From Verrucomicrobiales bacterium (GTDB taxonomy: Bacteria; Verrucomicrobiota; Verrucomicrobiia; Verrucomicrobiales; SLCJ01), in assembly GCA_046075565.1 (NCBI GenBank), contig JBJTQJ010000009.1, positions 1 to 48,048 on the forward strand: a DNA stretch of 48,048 bases, in the 5' to 3' direction. Below, piece after piece: positions 39,693 to 48,048 of this stretch. A model generated the notes under the pieces. That model was not told the origin of the DNA. It searched no databases and saw only the letters and a list, made by a program, of their open reading frames with translations. The translations under genes and the position numbers were made by a program. The first letter of the stretch is position 1; the number at the start of each line of letters is the position of its first letter.

Positions 39693-41570
39693 TCAACCTC
39701 CGGTGCGCGGCGGACGGTTCCCGGGTTTCTTTTCTTTTTCAGGAGGAAGCCCCATCATCTGTCGGCGCATGGAGGAAAGGTCGGACGCCTTCGGTTTCGG
39801 CTTGGGCTTGCGTTTTTCAAGCGTGACTTCGGGCTGGCGTTTCATCCACCACGATTGGGCGATACTGAAGATGTTGGTCGTGGTCCAGTAGAGCGAGAGG
39901 GCGGAGGCGAAATTATAACAAATGAACAGGAAAATGAAGGGCATGAAGGTGAAAATGCGCTGCTGCATCTTGTCGCCGGTCGTCGGGGTCATCTTCATTT
40001 GCACGACCATGGTCACCGCCATGAGCAAGGGCAGCGCATTGATGGGAAAATCTCCCAGCAAGGGCAGGGGAAGATGGAAAAGTGTGTCGGGTTGCGCCAG
40101 ATCCTTCACCCAGAGGAACGGCTCGTGGCGAAGTTCACTCGCGTATTGCAACATGCGGTAGAAACCGAAGAAGATGGGCATCTGAAGGAAGATGGGGAGA
40201 CATCCGCCGAGTGGATTGATGCCATACTCCTGGTAGAGTTTCATCATTTCCTGATTCAACTTCTGCGGCTCGTTCTCGTATTTCGTCCGCATCTCCTGCA
40301 TGATGGGATTGAGCAGGGCCATGCGTTTCATGGTGCGTTGCGCTTTTGCGTGCAGCGGCCAGATGAGGAACCGGATGATGATGGTGAGAATGATAATGGC
40401 GATACCGAAATCGGGCACGATCGACTTGATGCGGTGTAGAGCCCAGTTCAGCATGCGGCTGAAAGGAGAAGCCATCCAGCCGAAGATGGGCATGTCTCCA
40501 TAGAGCAGGACTTCCTCGAAGCCCGGATGGACTTTCTTCAGCGCGTCGTAGTTCTTCGGACCGGCGAAAATTTTCCACTCGTGTTGCACGGTGCCGCCGG
40601 GAGCGACCACGCCACCGCCGAGGCCGAGCGCCGATTGGATGCCGAGGCGTGATTTCGACTCGCCGGCGCGGCGTCCTTCCACCGTCGTGTTGACCGGCAG
40701 CGACCAGTTCGAACGCGGCCCGGAAACGGAAGGCGCGAGGAGAATCGAATAGTACTGGTTGATCACACCAAACCACTTCGTGTCGGCGATGTCCTGCTGG
40801 TAAACCGCCTTGGCACTGGAGAACCATCCGTCCTTGAACATGGTTTCCGTTTCGAATTCCGTATCCGTGCCATCCATCCATGTCACGCCGGTCTGCGCCT
40901 CGTATTCGTCGGCGAGGAGGGGAGCGGCCGAGCCAGCGAAGAGGAACCATCCCGATGTGTTCACCTCGGCGGTGCCGGGGTTGGTTAATCCGAGGGTCAG
41001 GCGCAGCGACGGCAGGCCCTTCGGTTGGGCCGGCTCAAGCGTGTAGTGTTTTTTTGCCAGGATGCCGCTGCTGGTCACGCCTTCGTAGGTGACATGGTCC
41101 GGTCCACTGGAAATCAACTTGTATTCACCGGTTTCCACCCGGTCCACTCCGTCCGAGAGCGCCCCGATGGCCCGCTCGATGGCGTTGTTCATTACCACGG
41201 GTGCTTCCGTATTCGCATGCACCGGATCGCCGGGGAACTCGACGCGTTTGATGCCGCCCCCGCGGTTGGTGAAAACATAACGCACCGAGTGCTTCGCATT
41301 CGGATCTTCGACCACGAGCACGTGCTCGGCTTCGGCGAATTTGGGCACCGGAGGGGTAACTTCCAACTCGCCGCCGGTTTTTTCGGGTGCGCCGGCCGAT
41401 TCGCCGGGAGTAGCCGGATTTCCCGCAGGCGGCGTTACCGGCTTCGGCTTGGCGGCCTCCAGCAGAGCCTGTTGGTCTTTCCATTCCTGTTGTTTTTTGC
41501 CCGCATACCACTGGTTGCCGACGATGCCGAGCACGCAGAGCACGATGATGATCCAACCTTTTTTGTCCAT
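39693..41570 (-). CDS. yidC: Membrane protein insertase YidC
   Basis: N-terminal TM, periplasmic domain, FAGPK, NPLGGCLPIFLQMPIF, FLWVKDLAQPD, LSLYW. Confidence 0.95.
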   Translation of the reverse strand: MDKKGWIIIVLCVLGIVGNQWYAGKKQQEWKDQQALLEAAKPKPVTPPAGNPATPGESAGAPEKTGGELEVTPPVPKFAEAEHVLVVEDPNAKHSVRYVFTNRGGGIKRVEFPGDPVHANTEAPVVMNNAIERAIGALSDGVDRVETGEYKLISSGPDHVTYEGVTSSGILAKKHYTLEPAQPKGLPSLRLTLGLTNPGTAEVNTSGWFLFAGSAAPLLADEYEAQTGVTWMDGTDTEFETETMFKDGWFSSAKAVYQQDIADTKWFGVINQYYSILLAPSVSGPRSNWSLPVNTTVEGRRAGESKSRLGIQSALGLGGGVVAPGGTVQHEWKIFAGPKNYDALKKVHPGFEEVLLYGDMPIFGWMASPFSRMLNWALHRIKSIVPDFGIAIIILTIIIRFLIWPLHAKAQRTMKRMALLNPIMQEMRTKYENEPQKLNQEMMKLYQEYGINPLGGCLPIFLQMPIFFGFYRMLQYASELRHEPFLWVKDLAQPDTLFHLPLPLLGDFPINALPLLMAVTMVVQMKMTPTTGDKMQQRIFTFMPFIFLFICYNFASALSLYWTTTNIFSIAQSWWMKRQPEVTLEKRKPKPKPKASDLSSMRRQMMGLPPEKEKKPGNRPPRTGG

Positions 41571-41596
41571 GGAGAATGAGAAAATGTTTCCGGGGC

Positions 41597-41896
41597 TCAG
41601 TTTTCCGGGGGGATCGGAATTCGGCCGCGCGGGTCGATACTGTCGGCGCGTCCGCAATCTTTGCAACCGGGGACCGGATCATATCCGTGGCCTCCCCAAG
41701 GGTGGCAGCGGGCGATCCGTTTTAAACCAAGCCACAATCCCCGCACGGGACCGTGGGTCTGCAGGGCTTGAATCATGTAGACCGAGCAGGTCGGGTCGTA
41801 ACGGCATCCACTGGCCGGGCCCCCCAGAAAATGCAGGACGGGCGAAACGATGATTTGGTAAAGCCGAACCAGGCCAATAAGCAACCGGGTGATCAT
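41597..41896 (-). CDS. yidD: Membrane protein insertion efficiency factor YidD
   Basis: [36 protein letters not shown] overlap with rnpA. Confidence 0.94.
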   Translation of the reverse strand: MITRLLIGLVRLYQIIVSPVLHFLGGPASGCRYDPTCSVYMIQALQTHGPVRGLWLGLKRIARCHPWGGHGYDPVPGCKDCGRADSIDPRGRIPIPPEN

Positions 41897-42279
41897 GAGG
41901 CGGCTCCTCCGGGCGGGGAAGGGGGCAAAAGACCGACTTTGCGGGCCAGACGACGCCATTCGGCCCGCAGCGAAGAAAAATCCGCCTCCGCGCAGCCCCG
42001 GCGCGCCACGATTACCACATGAAATCCGGAAGCCAAGGCACCTTCTTCGGCCCTGACGATCGCACGCAGTCGTCTCCGGACCAGATTGCGCTCATGGGCT
42101 TTTCCCACGTGACGCGAGGTGACAAATCCGAACATCGAAGGGGTAACCGACCCGGGTTCGTCGGATTCCAAGCGCCGGGCATTGACAAGAAGAAACCGGC
42201 CTGGTTTCGCCTGTCCTCCGGAGCGGACCCGGAGGAAGTGTGCGCGTTTCCGCAGGATGCGGCGGCGCGGCAGGCTCAT
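41893..42279 (-). CDS. rnpA: Ribonuclease P protein component
   Basis: [23 protein letters not shown] (RNR motif), located between rpmH and yidD. Confidence 0.92.
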   Translation of the reverse strand: MSLPRRRILRKRAHFLRVRSGGQAKPGRFLLVNARRLESDEPGSVTPSMFGFVTSRHVGKAHERNLVRRRLRAIVRAEEGALASGFHVVIVARRGCAEADFSSLRAEWRRLARKVGLLPPSPPGGAAS

Positions 42280-42317
42280 TGGCCGGTTGGGGAAGTCGGG
42301 GTAAAGCCGCTTAGGGC

Positions 42318-42494
42318 TTAGCTCCCGGTGTGGCGGTCGTAGTGGACCTCGACGCCTTTGGGAAGCAAGCGCTTGCGGCCCTTGCTGCGGCGGCGGTTGA
42401 TGATGGCACGACCGTTTTTGGTAGCCATGCGGGCCCGGAAACCGAACTGGCGTTTGCGGGTGCGCTTCGAAGGTTGGTAGGTGCGTTTGCTCAT
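42318..42494 (-). CDS. rpmH: 50S ribosomal protein L34
   Basis: Missed by the ORF track (58 aa). Manual translation: [58 protein letters not shown]. Confidence 0.97.
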   Translation of the reverse strand: MSKRTYQPSKRTRKRQFGFRARMATKNGRAIINRRRSKGRKRLLPKGVEVHYDRHTGS

Positions 42495-42551
42495 GGGAAA
42501 GGTAAGGTTCGGGGAGCGCGGGTAGCCCGCGGTCCAAAGTTGAGGGCTGTA

Positions 42552-42579
42552 AATGTAACCAATCCGGAAGAATTGTCAA
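42552..42579 (-). promoter_or_regulatory. Putative sigma70 promoter of the rpmH operon
   Basis: Minus strand TTGACA (42579-42574), 16 nt, TACATT (42557-42552). Confidence 0.6.
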
Positions 42580-42712
42580 ATGCCGGCAGTTCGGGCGTTT
42601 TTTCGCGAATCCAGCGCGTATTTTCGCCTTCGTGTATCGTTCCGTTTGCAAAAATCCCTCTCCCGGTGTTTCCTCCCGTTGGCCTCGTGCTTACGTCTTT
42701 TTCTCATCTACC

Positions 42713-43426
42713 ATGACCTTCTCGCCACTGCGTCAATTCGCCCGGTTCTACGCCTCCTCCGTGGGGAAGAAATATGTTGTCGCCCTAACCGCCATCGGGC
42801 TTTTGGGTTTCCTGCCGGTCCATGTGATCGGAAACCTCCTGATCTTCGATCAGACCAGAGTGGCGTTGAACGAATACGCTCACTTCCTGCATACCTTCGG
42901 CCATGGAGCCGTTGTATGGGCCTTCCGATTCGGCCTGCTGGCGATGTTCCTCATCCACGTCGTTGCGACCATCCAACTGGCACGCCAGAACCGAGCCGCC
43001 CGCGGTCCTGATGCCTACGCGGTGAAAACCCCGCAGGCCAGCACGGCTGGTTCCCGCACGATGATCATCAGCGGGCTGATCATCCTTTCCTTCGTCGTTT
43101 TCCACATCCTGCACTACACGGTGCGGGTCTCCCCGGCCTACAAGGCGCTGCCGCTTTTTGATCTCGACGGAAAGAAAGTCTTCGACGTTTACTCGATGGT
43201 CGTAATGGGTTTCCAGTATTGGCCCTCCACGATCTTTTACATCATAGGGGTAACCCTCCTTTGTCTCCACCTTTCGCACGGTGTCGCCTCGGTCTTCCAG
43301 ACCCTCGGCCTGCGGACCCGCAAGAGTGCCGACCTCATCATGGTTGTCGGACGCGGCTACGCGCTTTTCGTCTGGGCCGGATTCCTCTCCGTCCCGCTCG
43401 CCGTCGCTTTCGGATTCGTCAAATAA
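42713..43426 (+). CDS. sdhC: Succinate dehydrogenase cytochrome b subunit (5-TM b558 type)
   Basis: SSVGKK..VALT, HVIGNL, FVVFHILH, LHLSHG..S.FQTLG heme-His motifs. Upstream of sdhA. Confidence 0.92.
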   Translation: MTFSPLRQFARFYASSVGKKYVVALTAIGLLGFLPVHVIGNLLIFDQTRVALNEYAHFLHTFGHGAVVWAFRFGLLAMFLIHVVATIQLARQNRAARGPDAYAVKTPQASTAGSRTMIISGLIILSFVVFHILHYTVRVSPAYKALPLFDLDGKKVFDVYSMVVMGFQYWPSTIFYIIGVTLLCLHLSHGVASVFQTLGLRTRKSADLIMVVGRGYALFVWAGFLSVPLAVAFGFVK

Positions 43427-43480
43427 TTCCCAACTTCCGGTCCCAACCAATCTGATTTTCCTCTCCACGTTCATCCCGCC

Positions 43481-45469
43481 ATGGTCACCGACACTACTCT
43501 TCCCAACCGTGTTTCCGATACTCCGCCCGACCGCTGTCCCAGCGGACCCCTCGAGGGCCGGTGGACCAAACACAAGATGGAGTCCAAACTCATCAACCCG
43601 GCCAACAAACGGAAATTCTCGATCATCGTGGTCGGTTCCGGCCTGGCCGGTGGAGCTGCCGCCGCGACACTCTCGGAACTCGGCTATCGGGTGAAGTGTT
43701 TCTGCTACCAGGATAGCCCGCGCCGCGCCCACTCCATTGCCGCGCAAGGGGGCATCAATGCCGCGAAGAACTATCAGAACGACGGTGATTCGGTCTATCG
43801 TCTTTTCTACGATACCCTCAAGGGCGGCGACTTCCGCTCCCGTGAAAGCAATGTTTACCGCCTCGCCGAGGTGAGCGTGAACATCATCGACCAATGTGTC
43901 GCCCAAGGCGTGCCCTTCGCCCGTGAATATGGCGGCTTGCTCGACAACCGTTCATTCGGCGGCGCGCAGGTTTCCCGCACGTTCTATGCCCGTGGTCAAA
44001 CCGGCCAGCAACTTCTCATCGGCGCTTACCAAGCCTTGGAAAAAGAAATCGCCAACGGCGGGGTGAAAATGTATTCCCGCACCGAAATGCTTGACCTCGT
44101 GGTCGTGGATGGTCATGCCAAAGGCATCGTCGTGCGCGACATGGTGACCGGGAAAATCTCCAGCCACGCGGCGGACGCGGTCATCCTCGCCACCGGCGGC
44201 TACGGCAACGTCTTCTTCCTTTCCACCAATGCGATGGGCTGCAACGTGACCGCCGCTTTCCGCGCCTACAAACGCGGTGCATGGTTTGGCAACCCCTGCT
44301 TCACCCAAATCCACCCGACCTGCATTCCCGTTTCCGGCAGCTACCAGTCGAAGCTCACCCTCATGTCCGAATCGCTCCGCAATGACGGGCGCATTTGGGT
44401 GCCGAAAAATAAGGAAGATGTGAACAAAGCCCCTGGTAGCATCACCGAGGGCGACCGCGACTACTACCTCGAGCGCAAATACCCTTCGTTCGGCAACCTT
44501 TCCCCGCGGGATATCTCAAGCCGCGCCGCCAAGGAAGTCTGCGACGAAGGCCGCGGAGTCGGACCCGGCGGGCTCGGTGTCTATCTCGACTTCTCCGATT
44601 CCATCAAACGCCTCGGACGGAACGTCATCGAATCCCGTTACGGCAACCTCTTCCAGATGTATGAGAAGATTACCGGCGACAATCCTTACGAGACGCCGAT
44701 GCGTATCTATCCTGCCGTCCATTACACGATGGGTGGACTCTGGGTGGACTACAACCTGATGTCCAATGTCCCCGGCTTGCACGTGCTCGGGGAGGCGAAC
44801 TTCTCGGACCACGGGGCCAACCGCCTCGGGGCTTCCGCCCTCATGCAAGGCCTGGCCGACGGATACTTTGTTATCCCGGTGACCATCGCCAACTACCTCG
44901 CCACGCAGAAGCCCGGCACGATCAACGAAAGCCATCCGGAATTTAAACGTGTGGAAGCCGAGACGGCCGAGCGGATGAAGAAGCTGCTCTCCATCCAGGG
45001 CAAACGGACTGTGGATTCCTTCCACCGCCAATTGGGCCAAATCATTTGGGACAAATGTGGCATGGCTCGCAACGCCGACGGTCTGCGCGAAGCCATCTTC
45101 AGCCTCCCGGCCATCCGCGAGGAGTTCTGGCAGAATGTCTTCATCCCCGGTTCCGGCGACAACATGAACCAGGAATTGGAAAAAGCGGGACGCGTGGCCG
45201 ACTTCCTCGAATTCGGCGAACTCATGTGCCACGACGCGCTCGACCGTGAAGAGAGTTGCGGCGGCCACTTCCGCGAGGAACACCAGTTCACCGACGCGGA
45301 TCCGGAAGTCCAAAGCGGCCTGCTCTCGCCCGGCGAAGCCAAACGCCATGACGACCAGTATTCTTATGTTTCGACATGGGAACACGCTGGCGTCGGCGCG
45401 AAGCCCATCTTGCACAAAGAGTGGCTCAATTTCGAGTTCCTCAAGCCGAGCACTCGCTCCTACAAGTAA
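43481..45469 (+). CDS. sdhA: Succinate dehydrogenase/fumarate reductase flavoprotein subunit
   Basis: [49 protein letters not shown]. Confidence 0.96.
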   Translation: MVTDTTLPNRVSDTPPDRCPSGPLEGRWTKHKMESKLINPANKRKFSIIVVGSGLAGGAAAATLSELGYRVKCFCYQDSPRRAHSIAAQGGINAAKNYQNDGDSVYRLFYDTLKGGDFRSRESNVYRLAEVSVNIIDQCVAQGVPFAREYGGLLDNRSFGGAQVSRTFYARGQTGQQLLIGAYQALEKEIANGGVKMYSRTEMLDLVVVDGHAKGIVVRDMVTGKISSHAADAVILATGGYGNVFFLSTNAMGCNVTAAFRAYKRGAWFGNPCFTQIHPTCIPVSGSYQSKLTLMSESLRNDGRIWVPKNKEDVNKAPGSITEGDRDYYLERKYPSFGNLSPRDISSRAAKEVCDEGRGVGPGGLGVYLDFSDSIKRLGRNVIESRYGNLFQMYEKITGDNPYETPMRIYPAVHYTMGGLWVDYNLMSNVPGLHVLGEANFSDHGANRLGASALMQGLADGYFVIPVTIANYLATQKPGTINESHPEFKRVEAETAERMKKLLSIQGKRTVDSFHRQLGQIIWDKCGMARNADGLREAIFSLPAIREEFWQNVFIPGSGDNMNQELEKAGRVADFLEFGELMCHDALDREESCGGHFREEHQFTDADPEVQSGLLSPGEAKRHDDQYSYVSTWEHAGVGAKPILHKEWLNFEFLKPSTRSYK

Positions 45470-45517
45470 GGACGAAGCCTCATTGCTTTTGCGCAAATAC
45501 TGATGACGGTCATCAGG

Positions 45518-45636
45518 CCCTTCGCCTTGAGCCTACGGGGCAAGAGCGAGACGATCTTGCTACGGTGGGCCTAAAAGATCAAAGGGAGTCACACGAGCAT
45601 CCAACGAAGTCGTAGCAAGACCATCCCGGTCTTGCC
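45518..45636. repeat. REP-doublet element, copy 2 (inverted relative to 6816-6963)
   Basis: gcaagagcgagacgatcttgctacg (45540-45564), 46-nt spacer, cgtagcaagaccatcccggtcttgcc (45611-45636). Lies between convergent sdhA and sufS. Confidence 0.78.
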
Positions 45637-45681
45637 TCAGACCATTGGTGCAGTTCCGGAAAATTCCGTAGCCCGTTCGTA

Positions 45682-46920
45682 TCACGCGAAAAACCTTCGC
45701 GTCTTGTCCACGGCGCGCACGAGCACATCTACCTCTTCCATCGTGTTGTAAAGTGCGAAGGAGGCACGTGCGGTGGCCGGGACTCCGAGAATGCGCATGA
45801 GCGGTTGGGCGCAATGATGTCCAACCCGGATTGCGACACCTTCCGCATCCACGAGTGTTCCTATGTCATGCGGATGCACGCCTTGGATCATGAACGACAC
45901 CACTCCAGCCCGTTCTTTGGCGTGGCCATGGATGGTGACTCCCGGAATCGCCGCAAGGGAATCGCGGGCTGCTTCGAGCAGGGCGGACTCGTGGGCGGCA
46001 ATGGCTGCTTGGGGCAATGACGCATGATAACGCAGCGCGGCGGCCAGGGCGATGGCCCCTTCGATATTCGGCGTGCCCGCCTCGAATCGCTCCGGCGGGG
46101 AACGGAACGTGCTGCCTTCGAATGTCACCTTTTCAATCATGTCACCACCGCCCTGATACGGGGGCATGGACGCGAGCAAATCCGGCTTGCCCCACAACAC
46201 CCCGATGCCGGTCGGGCCATAAACCTTGTGGCCGGAGAAAACATAGAAGTCGGCACCCAATGCTTCCACATCGGGTGCGAAATGTGGCAAAGCCTGGGCA
46301 CCATCGATCAACACGGGGAGACCACGCGCCTTGGCGAGGGCGGTCAATCGCGCGGCCGGGTTCACGGTCGCGAGCACATTCGAAACATGCATGAAAGCGA
46401 CCATGGCCACCGGCTCGGTGTCGAGAATCCGGAGAAATGCCTCTTCGTCAATTTCGCCGGCACTCGTGATCGGACAAGCCATCACGCGTGCCCCTTTGGC
46501 CGCCGCTACCAATTGCCATGGCACGATGTTGGCGTGGTGCTCCATCTCGGTCAGCAGGATCACTTGCCCGGCCTGCAATCGCGGTTCAAGGAAACTCCGC
46601 GCCACGAGATTGATACCCTCGGTCGTGCCACGTGTGAAAATGATGCCCCGCGCATCGGATGCCCCCAGATGCGCGGCCATCGTCGCACGGGCCTGGTCGT
46701 AGGCATCGGTGGCCTCGACACTCAGGTAATGAACACCACGGTGGATGTTGGAATTGCCGCGCGCGTAAAAACCGGAAATCGTGTCGATGACCACCTGCGG
46801 TTTCTGCGTTGTCGCGCCGTTGTCCAGATACACCAAAGGCTTCCCGTGCACCTTCGTCGAAAGGATGGGAAAGTCTTGGCGCACGCGGGCGACATCAAAG
46901 GTCATTTGGGCATCGGCCAT
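45682..46920 (-). CDS. sufS: Cysteine desulfurase, group II (SufS-like)
   Basis: YLDNGATTQKP, NIHRGVH, EHHANIVPW, FSGHK, RVGHHCAQP. Confidence 0.92.
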   Translation of the reverse strand: MADAQMTFDVARVRQDFPILSTKVHGKPLVYLDNGATTQKPQVVIDTISGFYARGNSNIHRGVHYLSVEATDAYDQARATMAAHLGASDARGIIFTRGTTEGINLVARSFLEPRLQAGQVILLTEMEHHANIVPWQLVAAAKGARVMACPITSAGEIDEEAFLRILDTEPVAMVAFMHVSNVLATVNPAARLTALAKARGLPVLIDGAQALPHFAPDVEALGADFYVFSGHKVYGPTGIGVLWGKPDLLASMPPYQGGGDMIEKVTFEGSTFRSPPERFEAGTPNIEGAIALAAALRYHASLPQAAIAAHESALLEAARDSLAAIPGVTIHGHAKERAGVVSFMIQGVHPHDIGTLVDAEGVAIRVGHHCAQPLMRILGVPATARASFALYNTMEEVDVLVRAVDKTRRFFA

Positions 46921-46998
46921 GGACAAACAATACGCACCGCAGCGCCAATCCCAACGCCTTTCTTTGCATTTGGTTTGCCGGGCAAAAGGAAATAACCC

Positions 46999-48048
46999 CT
47001 ACTCGGTCTTGCCTTTCCCCGGGCGGCTTTCTTCCCATATCCTCTGCCAATGGTCAAGGCGCTCTTTGACCCGTTGCTCCATTCCGTGGGCGGACGGCTC
47101 GTAGTATCGGCGCCCTTCCGGAAGATAGGCCTGGGGCACATAACCTTCCTCGCTGTCGTGGGAATATTGATAGTCCGTTTCGGCTCCCTCGATGCCGGAA
47201 CCGCGCGCCAGTTTTTTCCGCGTCTTCGTGCGCAGGTGGGGAGGCACGGCCAGCGTCCGGCCTTCCCGCACATCGGCGAGGGCCGCTTCCAGCCCGGCGT
47301 AGGCGCGGTTGCTTTTCGGAGCGGTGGCCAGATAAACGGTGGCATGCGCGAGATTGATACGGCCCTCGGGAAGTCCGACAAAATCGAGGGCTTGTTGCGC
47401 GGCTACGGCCACCCGCAGGCCATTGCTGTCGGCCATTCCGATGTCCTCGCTGGCGGCAATGACCAGACGCCGCGCGATGAAGCGAGGATCCTCGCCCGCA
47501 TGGAGCATTTTCGCCAGCCAGTAGAGCGCGGCATCGGGATCGCCGCCCCGGATGCTCTTGATGAAAGCGGAGGCGGTGTCGTAATGCGCGTCGCCATCGC
47601 CATCATAGACCACGGCCTTTTTCTGCACCGATTCGACCGCCACCTCCATGTCGATGACCAGCGTGCCATCGGGTGATGCCGGGGTCGTGAGGACGGCCAT
47701 CTCAAGTGCGGTAAGCGCCTTGCGCACGTCGCCATCGGCCATGACCGCGAGATGGCGGGCGGCATCTTCATGCAAATCGATCTTCACCTCCCCGAATCCG
47801 CGTTCGGGATCGTCGACCGCCCGGCGCAGCACCGCGAGAACATCATCAATCGGCACGGGCTCCAGTTCGAAGACGAGCGATCGGGAAACCAGCGGACTGT
47901 TGACATAAAAGAATGGATTGTGGGTTGTAGCCCCGATGAACCTTGTCACGCCCTTCTCGATGTGCGGCAGGAGCACATCCTGCTGCGCTTTGTTGAAGCG
48001 GTGGATTTCATCGACAAATAGAATCGTGCCGATGCCGTGAAGATTGCG
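46999..48048 (-). CDS. rarA: Replication-associated recombination protein A (MgsA/RarA), 5'-truncated by the window edge
   Basis: FVDEIHRFNKAQQD, GATT.NP, HYD..SAFIKSIRG.DPDAALYWLA, ASEDIG, PKSN. Confidence 0.95.
   Translation of the reverse strand, partial: RNLHGIGTILFVDEIHRFNKAQQDVLLPHIEKGVTRFIGATTHNPFFYVNSPLVSRSLVFELEPVPIDDVLAVLRRAVDDPERGFGEVKIDLHEDAARHLAVMADGDVRKALTALEMAVLTTPASPDGTLVIDMEVAVESVQKKAVVYDGDGDAHYDTASAFIKSIRGGDPDAALYWLAKMLHAGEDPRFIARRLVIAASEDIGMADSNGLRVAVAAQQALDFVGLPEGRINLAHATVYLATAPKSNRAYAGLEAALADVREGRTLAVPPHLRTKTRKKLARGSGIEGAETDYQYSHDSEEGYVPQAYLPEGRRYYEPSAHGMEQRVKERLDHWQRIWEESRPGKGKTE

Noticed and set aside
42280-42651. N-terminally extended 252-aa RnpA
   Set aside because: The extension overlaps rpmH in another frame; RnpA homology starts at ATG 42279.
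42495-42712. oriC upstream of rpmH
   Set aside because: No TTATCCACA-like DnaA boxes, no AT-rich unwinding element and no dnaA.
45499-45517. Hammerhead ribozyme suggested by CTGATGA on both strands
   Set aside because: It is a short palindrome (ctgatga-cgg-tcatcag) with no stem II-GAAA core after it on either strand.

Overview
GC-rich bacterial chromosomal window, probably Verrucomicrobiota. The taxon is inferred from SHD1- and DUF5069-like proteins, an alpha2-type GlyRS and a C-terminally extended L34. It is mostly housekeeping genes: tdh-kbl, hisS-aspS, a LolC/E-type permease, panD, a PLP-dependent Cys/Met enzyme, rfbB, hflKC, purB, leuB, glyQS, rpmH-rnpA-yidD-yidC, sdhCA (no sdhB), sufS and rarA. 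There are also several secreted glycan-active or protease-like proteins. I saw no rRNA, tRNA, CRISPR array, integrase or transposase. Most notable signals: (1) a 1.7-kb O-acyltransferase islet bounded by two diverged in-frame copies of the 3' end of the Cys/Met gene, with an outward sigma70-like promoter and a T9 tract; (2) REP-like palindromes, two of them interrupted at the loop by the same ~30-nt mini-element; (3) a divergent pair of secreted SHD1 proteins, one a tandem double retropepsin and one a zincin-like protein lacking HExxH; (4) a pyrimidine-rich CC-ATG start context without Shine-Dalgarno motifs; (5) heptamer tracts inside operon spacers. All family calls come from motif recognition, not database searches.
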